Assembly: GCF_009914755.1 (NCBI RefSeq)
Contig: NC_060926.1
From: the human T2T-CHM13v2.0 reference genome, Homo sapiens
Length of the DNA: 64,000 nucleotides
Reading direction: 5' to 3' (one strand)
Each line of letters begins with the position of its first letter. Within the stretch, counting starts at the first letter, position 1. Below the pieces are notes generated by a model. That model saw nothing but the letters and a program-made list of their open reading frames with translations, was not told where the DNA came from and made no database searches. Both the position numbers and the translations under genes were made by a program. Below, piece after piece: positions 17,831 through 30,408 of this stretch.

Positions 17831-18143
17831 GAATTAATGATGGCCAAAGGGGAAAAAGGGTCTGCACCAATTCTGCAAATGTACCGTGATGCTAAAGTTA
17901 CTGAGAAATGTTAAATAACATATTTGCCAAAATATCTATAAGAAAGTATTGTGTATGCCCTTGATGTCCATCATTCTGCCTTCATTCCTACAGAAAGTCT
18001 ATAATCAATTTGACTCTGATAACTTTTAATTAGGTATGGGTTACCTGGCAGCACAGGAAAGAATTAAATGATTGATAAAATACTATAATTTTGAAACCGA
18101 ATGCAAAATTTACTCTTCACTTGATATGCTTAAGAAAAATGTC

Positions 18144-19019
<876 letters not shown>

Positions 19020-19050
19020 AAGAAAAATGTCTGAAATAAAATAACAATTT

Positions 19051-19302
<252 letters not shown>

Positions 19303-19317
19303 TTACTATTTTATTTA

Positions 19318-19520
19318 GGGGTAATGTTATAGATTTTGCAAATAAAAACACAGGATGCTCAGTTAAATTAGAATTTCAGATAAATAGTGAATTATTTTTA
19401 GTATAAGCATATTCAATTCAATAATTGCGATATGCTTATATTAGAACACTCCTCATTCTTCCTTTGAAATTGAAATGTAACTGGGTATCTTGATATCTTG
19501 TATTCTATCTGGCAATGCTA
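19318..19520. mobile_element. MER53 palindromic MITE
   Basis: caggatgctcagttaaattagaatttcagataaa...gaaattgaaatgtaactgggtatc...tatctggcaa, self-complementary. Confidence 0.8.
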
Positions 19521-19898
19521 TTTGGGGATAAAAAAATAAAAAAGTATAAAAGCACCTCATGTTTAAAGTAGTTTTTTATATAAGGACAAGGAATGAGACA
19601 CCTTTGTCATATGTTTGGCTGTTTCTCTAAACTTACTAGACATATTTGTAACTTCAGCCAAAGATGTTGGAAGTACCCTCCTGATGTAGTGAGCAGCTTT
19701 ATGAATATTTTCACCTTTGTTTAACTCTCATGGGAACATCCACAATCATTTACCAAGAGGAACATGGTTAGAATACTTCCTACCAGGTTGTGGGCATGTA
19801 GATAAACTGTCTGAGCTTTCTATCCTTCTCTTTATGACATTTCCAGACATTTATGTTTGAGAAGTCACTGGGCATTGTACAACTTGACATATGGATAT

Positions 19899-20850
19899 TG
19901 TGATTGTTTCCAAAGATACCTGCTATCAGTTCCTTTCCCCTGCTTCTCATATCAAGAGGTAGAGTATAATTTTTTCCCTCTTGAATCCAGGCTGGTCTTA
20001 GTGATATGTTGACCAGTAACATGCATTGGAAGTGACATTTTAAGACTTCTGATGCCAGATCATAAGAAGACTTGCAGTTTCCACCTGAGTCTCTTGGAAT
20101 GCTGCTCTTGGGACACTCACAGACCCATCTGCCATGCTGAGAGAAGCTCAAGCCACATGGAGAAGCTACGTTTGGTGATCTAACTGCCTCTGTTGGACTC
20201 CAAACCAGCACCAACTGATAGTCATTCAAATGACCCATCCTGGATGTTGACAGACTCTCAACCTAACTTTAGTCAGGCTGTTTTAAGCTCTATTCTTGAC
20301 TAATGCCTCAATCTTAGACCCATCTTTGCCAGACCTGCACAGACAAGTTTTAGCAACAATCCTGCTAAGTCTGTTTAGAGATTTTACAGCTAATCAAATT
20401 TCTCCTTCACTATCTTTTATATCTGATCACCCTGGCTTGCCTTCAACAAAGGTCCTGTGTGATCAGCCTAAGAATCTCCCCTTCCCTGATGTATCCTCTT
20501 AGTAATTTTCCATCTACCAATGCCCTTATTCTGTTTCTTGGCTATAAATCCCTGTATATTGTTGTATTCAGAATTGAGCTCAATTCTACACTGAAGTCTA
20601 TTTTCCCCAATTATGATAGTTTCTGATTTTATTTATTTATTTTACCATTTTAATACTGTTCAGCTCTGGTTTTCTTTAATAACATCCAACCCAATTAAAT
20701 TTTTAAGTGACTGTTACTCCAGCTAACTACAGCACCATGAGAAACCCAAAGTGAGAACTTCCCAGTTGAGACAGTCAATCTTTAGAGCTATGAAAAATGA
20801 TAATTTTTTATTATAAACCACTGCGTTTTGGGGTGGTTTGTTTTGTAATA
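19899..20850 (+). mobile_element. MLT1H-like LTR interrupted by a MER31 LTR
   Basis: cttgaatccaggctgg...gatcataagaagacttgcagtttccacctg; resumes at ~20685 and ends ccactgcgttttggggtggtttgtt. Confidence 0.75.
20248..20684 (+). mobile_element. MER31-like ERV1 solo LTR
   Basis: actttagtcaggct...atctgatcaccctggcttgccttc...tcctcttagtaattttccatc...ttggctataaat; TG...CA termini. Confidence 0.75.
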
Positions 20851-21204
20851 GATATACTTTTTATTTGAAAATTTTTTTGAAGGTGGCAAATTTCTATTAA
20901 CAATGTCCATTGGTGGATGAACAAAAAGATACCATATACCTTTCTGATCAATATTAAATATATATATTTAAATATAAAAATGCTTTTCTAATTAGACAGC
21001 AAATAGTATATAATATTGGGTGGCACATATAACTGAGTTAAAATTAACAGAGTTAATACTATTTTCTTTCCATTATATAGCTCAAAAATAAAGAAAACCT
21101 ATTATCAATAACAGATACTATTTGTTTAACATTTTCTTTTTCTTTGTCATCCTCATTTGCACTTTTCCTATGTTCCTAATTCAGTCTTCTTTATAACTGT
21201 ATGA

Positions 21205-21330
21205 TGCTGATGTTATTATCTCTGTTTTGCTAAAGACAAAACCGAGGTCTATAGTGGTTAAGTAATTTATTCAATATTACACAACCAGGATTTAAATCAA
21301 TGTCTTCTCATTTTCAATTCCAGGCTGTTT
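21205..21330 (-). mobile_element. MIR fragment
   Basis: tattatctctgttttg...aaaaccgaggtct...gtggttaagtaattt. Confidence 0.6.
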
Positions 21331-21984
21331 TACAGGAAAGTCCAGCCAGACCCAGATAATCAACCAAAATCCAAATCTGAAAGTACCATTCCCAGTTCTG
21401 AATTCTGAGGCCATTACTGTCCTAAAAATGAATAATGTTTTACTTTTGGGGAATTCACATTTGGAGAGACCTGATTTTTTTTAGAGATAATCACACAGTG
21501 AAGAAGTCAGATTGAATTTCACTCTGGAGTTTATAGTATTTTTTTCCAAGCTTCAGTTTTGAATTTTAATAAGAACAAAATGTGCCTTTATGGAAATAAA
21601 TGTAAGAAACAGAGAGGGAAGTGCCTGGATCCAGGTCTCAGGATAGACGATGGTAGAGAAGCTACTAGAATCCTCATCTCTTGCCTTACCCCAGAGATGA
21701 ACCCTATCCTTGCCCTTCTGCAGAAGACTCAGACCACAGACTTTAAATACATATGTGAGTTCTCAAAAAAAGCTCAGTTAAAAATGGTTTGAATATGTGC
21801 TAAATCAAGATAGTGCTTCATAACCATGGGTGATGAAGGAAAATCCCCAAGTGAGAAGCCAGATGCAGCTAGGTTCAGCTCAATGGCAAGGCCTCCTCCT
21901 TGAGCAGACTCAGGAACACTGCTTGACAATGCTTTGTCATTTCTCTCCTCACATCTATTTCTTAATAAGATAGATAGTATGGAG

Positions 21985-22192
21985 TGGCACTGTCCTGTCG
22001 GATGTGCTGCATTAATGGAAATGCTTTCTAATTAGCACTGTCCAATATGGTAGCCGTTGGCCACATGAAGCTACTGAGTGCTTGAAATGTGGCTGGTGTG
22101 ACTAAGGAACTTCATTTTTAATTTTGTTTAATTTGTATTAAATTTAAATGGTCACCTGTGGCCCGTGGCTACCATATTGAACAGCACAGGCC
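21985..22192. mobile_element. MER3 (hAT-Charlie) MITE
   Basis: gcactgtccaatatggtagccgttggccacatg...gtggctaccatattgaacagcac. Confidence 0.8.
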
Positions 22193-22522
22193 TAGACCAC
22201 AAGGGGATCTTGTCCATTTTTGAAAATGGGGTGAGGAATAAAAGAGAAACAGCACTCTCTTCTTTCAGAGCTAAAGACTTCTGCTGCTTTTGGGTCGTGA
22301 TGCTGATGGAAACACAGACCATTGGATTTGAGTCTCAAACCTGTATTCAAATTTTCTTATATATTCTTTGAAAGGAAGGTTTTATCTATGGAATATAAAC
22401 TAGAAAATATAAAAAGCAAAGCAAAGTGACATTGGTTCTTGGTTTCTTTTCAGCTGGTTTATTCTTCCTCCCTCTTTGCCCCACCTCCTTAAATCCAAAG
22501 AGCAAAGGAAATGATCTGGGAA

Positions 22523-22710
22523 TAGGGTTGTCAAATAAAATACTAGATGTCCCATTAAATTTAAGGTAAACAACACATAATTTTTTGGGACAGTTACATT
22601 CCCTCATGCAACATTTAGTACACATTTTACTAAACCATTATTTGTTGTTTACCTAAAATTCAAATTTCATTGGGCATCTTATATTTCTATTTGCTAAATC
22701 TTGCATCCCA
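22523..22710. mobile_element. MER53 palindromic MITE (second copy)
   Basis: agggttgtcaaataaaatactagatgtccc...ttgttgtttacctaaaattcaaattt. Confidence 0.75.
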
Positions 22711-23840
22711 GCGGGAGGGGGCATGCGATCGGCTTCTTGGAGATGTTGATGTTCTTTAAGTATTGGAGAAAGGAGCAGTTCCTGTTGATAACAGGAGAAG
22801 CCTGAGAGGCATTAAGTTCATGGGACAGCAAGATGGTAACCTTGTGCAAATACTCCAGGTAGAAGTGGTTTGCAGGAAACTGCATCTACTCACTGGATGG
22901 ACTCCTGTTGGAATCATTAAGATCTGGAAGCTTGGAGAATTATCACAAAATACTTAAGTCTCATGTAATAATCTCCCAAGTCAAGAAATAGAAAATAACC
23001 AGCTTTCCAGAAGTGCTTCTCGTTCTCTCTCCAAATCACCATCCCCCTTAAAGATAAGCACTATGCTGTCTTCTTATACAATGGATTTTAGTTTTGTCTG
23101 TGTGGGGGCTTTATGTAAATGAAACCCCAGACAGTGTCTTCTGTGGTGTAAGTTTGTTTCTGTAAGGTGCAGAAAGGCACTAGCAACCTCTCATCGATGG
23201 AAATAATTTCAACAACTGTTCATTCTCTGTGGACTATTCTATTTACAGTCTCCTTTTTTCCCATGTTATAACCCCATGTGGTTCCAACCACAAGACTGGG
23301 TATTTCTCCCTGGCCTCTGCTCCTCAGCGAAACCGAACTTCCATTTCGCTCTGCTAGCCCTATGATTCTGTCTAAAGTTCTCATCGTCATCTCAGTCCCC
23401 CTGGGAACCAGCAGATACCTCTGGGTGAAATTTGTCCCTGCCTGGCACGCCTCGCTGGGTTTCCTTCTTCTCTCAGCTCTTGGCTCCATAATTCTTCGCT
23501 GCTCTACGAAATCTTTAATGCCTTCAACTTGACTTTGGTTGTTGTTCAACTTTGCTTGTTCTCAGCAGGAGAGACAGTCTGGATGACCTAGTCTGCCATT
23601 TCTAGAATTGGAACCCTTAATATGTCACATCTCCTTGCATACTAAGAATCATGGACGGGACTGGAGACCCAGTCAGCCTCAGATATGGATGTATTGCTAC
23701 CAGAGAAGGGCAATGTGGGTGACTGGAGGAAAGTTCTTGAAGGCCCAGAGATGATGTGTTTCACTGGAGCATGTACCAAGGAAATGGCCCTCGTATTCAT
23801 GTAAAGTTTACGCTGTGAGAAGTTTATGCTATCCCCTCTG

Positions 23841-23939
23841 CTCAGTGATATGTTGAAATAAGCTACAATGATTTTCCTAAATCTTGAAAACAAAACTCAG
23901 TGATATGTTGAAATATGCTACAATGATTTTCCTAAATCT
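23841..23939. repeat. 44-bp direct duplication with 11-bp spacer
   Basis: ctcagtgatatgttgaaata(a/t)gctacaatgattttcctaaatct at 23841-23884 and 23896-23939. Confidence 0.95.
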
Positions 23940-24724
23940 AATTCATAACTTATATAATGAGTTTTTTATCTTCTTACTGAAAAAAATGAATTGACTGTTA
24001 TTACTGAATCACACATTATAATCATTCTGTCAAAAATTCATTTGTTAATTTGATATTCATTTAAGTTGAGTGATTAAATCCTAATAAATCAAGACCCCTT
24101 TTCTCAAAATATATTCTTGGCTTTACCAAATGTTGTAATCAACTAGTTAGCACATTAGGTTGGTGGTTGAATTTAAATGGGATATGCAGTAGCTAAAATG
24201 ACAGCCACATGGAATGTTTTCTACTCATCCACCTCCCATCACAATAGCAGAAGTACAAAATGTGATATTGAAGTGCATTTGATATGAGCTGAAATATTAT
24301 TTATTTGCTCCCATATCTTGTGTTATGATCACAGTTTTAATAACTTTTTGGCTGAATCACTGAAAAGAGCATTGACGTGTTTTTCATCCAAGTTTCCGAA
24401 AGTATATTTTATTTTCTCCCCTCTGGATTTTAATTTTCTTCCTGGCCTTTGCCAGTAAGGAAGACTGTCAATAATTTTATTACCTCTCATAGGCAAAAGG
24501 TGGAAAGAATATCTTACTGTTTGTACAGTGTGTGGAAGCTATGATGTGGCCCAGTAAATAATTTGTCAAATTACTTTCTGGATATGATATATTCTCCCTG
24601 ACACCCTCTATATCAAATTCCTCTGCTTGTAAGCAGTATCACAGAATGTTACAGTGATTTAGCTAAAAATTTTACTGATTAAATTCATACTTCATTGCTT
24701 TTTCTTATAATAAAGAGAACTTCA

Positions 24725-24860
24725 AACCACGTGAATGTACGGTCTACAAGGGCAGGGGGCTTTGTTCATTTTCTTCAGTGGTTTATTGTACATACCTAGA
24801 AGTGGCTGGCACAGTAGTAGCATGCAATACATATTTGTTGAATAAACTAATAAATAAAAC
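24725..24860 (+). mobile_element. L2 3' end
   Basis: acctagaagtggctggcacagtagtagcatgcaatacatatttgttgaataaa. Confidence 0.7.
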
Positions 24861-25059
24861 CATAGAATTGTAGAAGATTAGAGACTGGATGTATTTCAGA
24901 AGTCATGGAGGCCAAACCCCTATTCTATAGATGTGGAAACTGACAAGGCATAGATTGCAAAGTGACACATTCAAAGTCAAAGATGGCCGGATGGTGTAGG
25001 GGTGTCCAGCACTCATATCTGATCTCATAATGCCAGCCCCGTGCTCTTGGCTACTTGGT

Positions 25060-25450
25060 CTCATAAATTCAAACTCCAATATGGTCCCAAGTTTAAAACT
25101 AAGACAAGCCACCCAGGTCCCACCCCAGGGAAACATTTCTATAATAATCAGGCAACCTACAGTCATCAACTATGTTAGAGTCTATACAGAACCACATCAA
25201 CTGAGGTACACCCTTCCCAGGGCTATTTTTATTTGGTGGGAGATATAAAGCCCTTGCCACTGTCCTTGATGTGGAACAATAGGACAAGCCATACTTGCAG
25301 GGTTTGCCAACACTCTGAGCTCAGTTGAACTCAATTCAACCTAATCTTCTGTTTAATCCTGCTTCTTCTTCCTGCTATTGATCCTTAATAAATAGCTTGC
25401 TTCCTTCCAAACTTTTTCTCAATGCCTGTTTCTGGAGAACCCAAACTTCT
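25060..25450 (+). mobile_element. LTR16-family ERVL LTR
   Basis: 3' end ttgatccttaataaa...ctcaatgcctgtttctggagaacccaaact. Confidence 0.55.
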
Positions 25451-25744
25451 ATTAACTCTGTCTCTTTTGAAAATATTAAAAGGTTAGCATTTATTTATGC
25501 TGTCTTTCAGAATTACTGCCTCTCCAAAACCCCAGGTGGCCAGCATCTTCATGCTGCCACCAGTTGCCCCACCACCCTAGGCAGATCACACTGCAGTTTA
25601 CACCCTAAGTTCAAATCTTGGATCCTCCCACCCATGGATTCCAAAAGACAGGAATTTTCCATTATGCTACACAGCCCTAATAAAACTCATCTCTCCTAAA
25701 TACCATTTCTTTAAAGTTTGTTGATATCATAGACAGTTAACAAA

Positions 25745-26108
25745 TGTCATGGTTTGAATGTTTATGGCCCCCTCAAATTCATGTTCGAAATTCTAACCCT
25801 CAAGGTGATGGTATTAGGAGGTCAGGCCTTTGGAAGGTTATTAGGTCATGAGGGTGGACTCTACATGAATGGGATTAGTACCATGATAAAAGAGGCCCCA
25901 CAAAGCTTTCTCACCTCATCCACCATATGAGGACATGGCAAAAAGACGAGTGTCTAGGAATCAGAAAGTGGGCCCTCACCAGCCCTGAATCTGCTGACAC
26001 CATGCTCTTAAATTTCCCAGACTCCAGAACTGTGAGAAATAAATTTCTGTTGCTTATAAGCCAGTCAGTTTATGGTGCTCTTTTATAGCAGCCCAAATAA
26101 GCTTAAAT
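25745..26108 (+). mobile_element. MLT1A-like MaLR LTR
   Basis: tgtcatggtttgaatgttt...atgaatgggattagt...ctccagaactgtgagaaataaatttctgttg. Confidence 0.85.
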
Positions 26109-26382
26109 AAGTGAAGTCCGTAAATTAACCTCCACTATGTTGGCTTTCCTAATAAGTCATTGTTCTGGATTACACACTCTGTCAATGTTGGCTCCGTGTC
26201 TTTCCTGCTCTTTTCTTTCTTTCTTTTTTTTTTTTAATGGATCATAGTTATTCTCTTTTCCACCTGTCATGACAAGTACATGATTCAAGCAATATTTACG
26301 AAGTACCTGCTGCGTTCGTCGTCTTTAATGTAAGTTATGTTCTTCAATACTGCCAACAACTCTACATGGCACACACTACTAT

Positions 26383-26830
26383 AAAGTGAAATAAGCCAGG
26401 TGCAGAAAGACAAACATCTCATGCTCTCACTTATTTGTGGGATCTAAAAATCAAAACAATTGAACTCATGGACACATAGAGTAGAAAGATAGTTACCAGA
26501 GGCTGGAAAGGGTAGTTGGGGGACAGCAGGGAGGTGGTGGGTGGGGATGGTTAATGGGTACAAAAAATAGAAAGAATGAATAATACCTACTATTTCATAG
26601 CATAACATGGTGACTATAGTCAATAATAACTTAATTGTACATTTTAAAACAACTAAAAGTATAATTGGATTGTTTGTAACACAAAGGATAAATGCTTGAA
26701 GGGATGCAGACCCCATTCTCTATGATGGGATTATTACACATTGTATCCTGTACCGAAATATCTCATCTACCCCATAAATATATACACCTACAATGTACCC
26801 ACAAAAATTCAAAATTAAAAAAGCATAAAA
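26383..26830 (+). mobile_element. L1MA (MA1-3-like) 3' end inserted into a MIR
   Basis: aagtgaaataagccagg...tatatacacctacaatgtacccacaaaaatt; MIR halves at ~26280-26380 and ~26840-26985. Confidence 0.88.
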
Positions 26831-27049
26831 ACATTATTTCCTAGGTATTACAATACCGATTTTATAGATGATGACACTGAGGTTCACAGAAGTGAAAAGA
26901 CAAATCCAGGGTCACACAGCTGGTAAGTAGCAAATCAAGTAAAGATTCATATTTGAATTTTCTAACTCCGAATCCAGGACTTTATGATGATAAAAGAGAA
27001 ATGGCAAATAATCTGGTGGCTGAGAGGCTCTCACAGGACCTTTGGATAA

Positions 27050-27285
27050 GACAGAGAAGTGGTTTTAGAAGGTCAAGGTAGGCTTTGGAGACTTGGGTAC
27101 ATTCGGTTTGAACCTGGAATTGAGCTAATTACACAACTTTTCTGACCTTAATTTCTTTAACTGTAAAATGGTGACTATAACGTCTCTGCCATACATTTGC
27201 CATGAGGGTTAGAGAGGATGGATTAACATTCCTTGCACAATGCCTGGGACATTGAAATAAACGATGGTTATAGTTATTAGTAGCA
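27050..27285 (+). mobile_element. MIR
   Basis: ggctttggagac...tttctttaactgtaaaatgg...gcacaatgcctgggaca. Confidence 0.7.
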
Positions 27286-27984
27286 GTAGTATCCATACTT
27301 ACCTGAGTACATTACTTAAATTAGATGTAGATTGTAAGGGATTTGTTTATCGGTGGGAACAAGAGGTCCAGGAATTATATTGCATCATCTCTTCCTCTAC
27401 TGTGCTTTTAACCCCAATTGAAACATGACAAGTGTAATTTAAATGGGTCCACAGAGCAAGTACCCTTTTAGTTATAACAGCACTGCTTTAAAACCTCTAG
27501 TTAAGTGTTGAAATGGCACAAGCCCATGGACTGCAGCTTTCAGTTAATCTACTTGGCATTTTATAACCAAATAATTTTCCAGCTTTCACAGAAAGGTCAA
27601 GAAACATCCTTGTTTTAGAGAGTACAGTTGAAGGGAATGGTGCTAGCTTAACCACAAAGAAATGCTGTATGCAGAACAATATTTCTATTTAATGAAATAA
27701 TAAACATTATTCATAATAGGCTAATAAAATGCCTTTATTTTCTCTTTAAATGTGTAATTTAAAATGTTTACATGCTTAATTATAACTTCAGTAGCTGTTT
27801 TCTTTCTTAGCGAATGTAGCAGTAAATGTAAAAAAAGAGTAATAAAAAATAATTCAATGACTTTATGTCTCTTTTCAGACTGCAAATGTTAAGTGACAAC
27901 TACCCATTTATTGAAACCACCATTCTGTTCATTCATAAATTCATGCAAATTCTGTAAGTTTAGCTAGATTTGCCTGCAAGTCTT

Positions 27985-28070
27985 TCTAATAGGATTATAA
28001 TTACAATAGTAGATTAGTAGTATCTCATTGATATTGCATGTCTAGATTTCAATAAGGCATTTGACAAAGA
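27985..28070 (+). mobile_element. CR1/L3-type reverse transcriptase relic
   Basis: gatattgcatgtctagatttcaataaggcatttgacaaa translates DIACLDFNKAFDK, the LDFxKAFD RT motif. Confidence 0.6.
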
Positions 28071-28139
28071 GAGATTTCATGGAGAAGAACAGGTACAACC
28101 AGAGAGGAGATGAGATCACAATTTTAGAGGAGATGATCA

Positions 28140-28682
28140 GGTTTAGATAGCTAATTGTTTACCCCAATACCTAATTCCCCCTTCTTTTTTTAACTACATA
28201 GTAATTAATTATTGAGGGGTTGTGATGGTAGTGGCTAGTGGTAGAAATATGCCCAACTAAAAAAAACTACATCTCCCAGCCTCCCTTGCAGATAAAAGTG
28301 ATTAAGCAACTAAATTCTGCTCAATGAGATACAAATGGAAGATGTTCCCCGGAGCTTGGGGAAACAATTATTTAAAGGGTACTAATGTAGCTGGCATGAA
28401 ACTTTTGTCCCCTACTTGGCTCCTTTCTTTCTTCCTACCTAGAACAAGGGCATGGACCTGCCCCTTTATAACCACGAAGAGACAAGCACAGGCAAACGTG
28501 GCTGAGTTGAAAGAAACAATAAGCCTGGGTCCGTGATTAGATCATGAAACTGTTTCAACAGCCCTGAGCAGCCTCTCCCAGACTTCTACTTACATGAGAA
28601 AAAGAAAATGTTTCACCATTTTAAAGTCACTATTTTTCTGATTCCAGTAACCAGGAGCTAAATACAGTTTCTAAGTGATGTA
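28140..28682 (+). mobile_element. MLT1J/K-like LTR
   Basis: aactacatctcccagcctcccttgcag...agcctgggtccgtgat...cagacttctacttacatgagaaa. Confidence 0.7.
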
Positions 28683-28999
28683 TATTGGAATATAATTTAT
28701 AATTCCAAAGGAAGGAGATATACTTTGAAACCCTAATTCCATTTACAGTCTTAATTCCCCTGTGCTCTGTAACACTGCATATTGGTATATTCTGAGAATT
28801 CACAAGTGGCCTTCTGTTTTTTTGTGGAAGGCATTGTTTTGCCATTCACACTATGCTCATTCTTTAAAGTTACAGATACAGATCTACTACCAGTTTGATT
28901 AAAATGATAAATGTTGTGAGTGAGCTGCTTCCGAAGATGGGAATTTCCCTATCACTGTAGGTGTTGGATCATAGACTCAGTTAGGAAGAATGTTCAAGA

Positions 29000-29185
29000 A
29001 AGCTGCTACCAATAAAGTAGTCACTTGCCACATGTGACTATTTAAATTTTAATTTTGATTAGTTTCTCATTTACACAGGCCACATTTCAAGAGCTCAATA
29101 GCCACATGTGTCCAGTAGCTACTGAATTGGACAGTGCAGATAGAGAACATTTGTATCATTGCAGAAAGTCTATTGGACAGCGCTT
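29000..29185. mobile_element. MER3 MITE
   Basis: gccacatttcaagagctcaatagccacatgtg...gcagaaagtctattggacagcgct. Confidence 0.8.
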
Positions 29186-29601
29186 TTGTAAATTTTCTAC
29201 AAAAAGTGTGGTTCAGGACTCAGCATATCAGCATCACCTGGGATCTGAATGAACATTAAAATAACATCGAAGCATCAGATAAAATGCCATGGGATTCTAG
29301 GGATTCTTCCCTGGGTTCTTTCTTTTGAAAGTTGTTTTCCCTCTTGATTACAGTCTCAAAAGTAAATTTCGTTGTGTTAATTTTTGATGATTTTTCATTT
29401 GCTTTATTGTGAATGGAAAGTATAATATGTACAGAGTTGAATTATTTTGTGTGTTTTTTTTTAATTTAAAAAAGTACCCTAAGAAAGGAACAGGTGAAAA
29501 AAAACATGTAGGGAAATATTTTAGGTCAGTGGTCATCTCCTTACCTATATAAGGATACAGAAACTTAAATGTACTAAAGTGCTCACTCAAAGAAACACAT
29601 C

Positions 29602-30060
29602 TGTTTCAACTACTTTGCTTTGTAGCAAATTACCACCGACGTATAGTAGTTTAAACAACTTGTTTATGATTTTGTGTGCCAGCAATTCAGGAAGGATTCA
29701 GCGTAGTGGTTCTCACTCAGTATCTCTCTTGCTGTTGGAGTTAGATATCAGCTGACATTGCAGTCATCTGAAAGTGCCACTGAGCTAGAAATCTAAGATG
29801 GCACAGGTGGCTGGCAGCTAGTGCTGGCTGTGGTCTGGGAGCTCAGCTGGGTCTATGGGCTGCAGCACCTGCATATGATATCCCCAGTATTTAGTCTTGG
29901 TTTAGAGAATTTTCTTACATAGCTGCTGATTTCCCTCAAAGTATGTATCCCAAGAGAATCTGTATTTTCTGATGTAGGCGGGGACGTTACACACAGTCAC
30001 TATCACAACAGTCTATTTTTTTTTTCAAAGGAGTCAGTGATAGCAGCAGATATTCATGAG
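29602..30060 (-). mobile_element. MLT1H-like LTR
   Basis: gcagtcatctgaaag...ggctggcagctagtgctggctgtggtctgggagctcagctggg. Confidence 0.7.
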
Positions 30061-30326
30061 GATTAATCCTTTAATCCATTAATTAATCCTAATTAATGTT
30101 GTGCTTCTCCCTACATTCAGACTTCTGTCCATTTTCTTCTTTCCCTTTATGTATCACCTCCAGTTTTGTACTTCTCTTAACCCCAAATTGTCTGTCCTTC
30201 ATTTCACAGAGCCTATTCCCTTTCTTGAATGTTTCATTGATACCCACCCTTCAATTATGCAAATTACATTGCCATACCTCCTAAGTATACCTGCATTTTA
30301 ATGAAGGCAAAAAGAAAGACTCTAAA

Positions 30327-30408
30327 GTATACATATGTATCAAATCTGCATGTTGTGCACATGTACCCTAAAACTTAAAGTATAATAATAATAAAATTTA
30401 AAATAAAG
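30327..30408 (+). mobile_element. Very short L1PA 3' tip
   Basis: gtatacatatgtatcaaatctgcatgttgtgcacatgtaccctaaaacttaaagtataataataa. Confidence 0.9.

Noticed and set aside
23841-23939. CRISPR-like repeat-spacer-repeat
   Set aside because: Only two copies, 11-bp spacer, eukaryotic context, no cas genes
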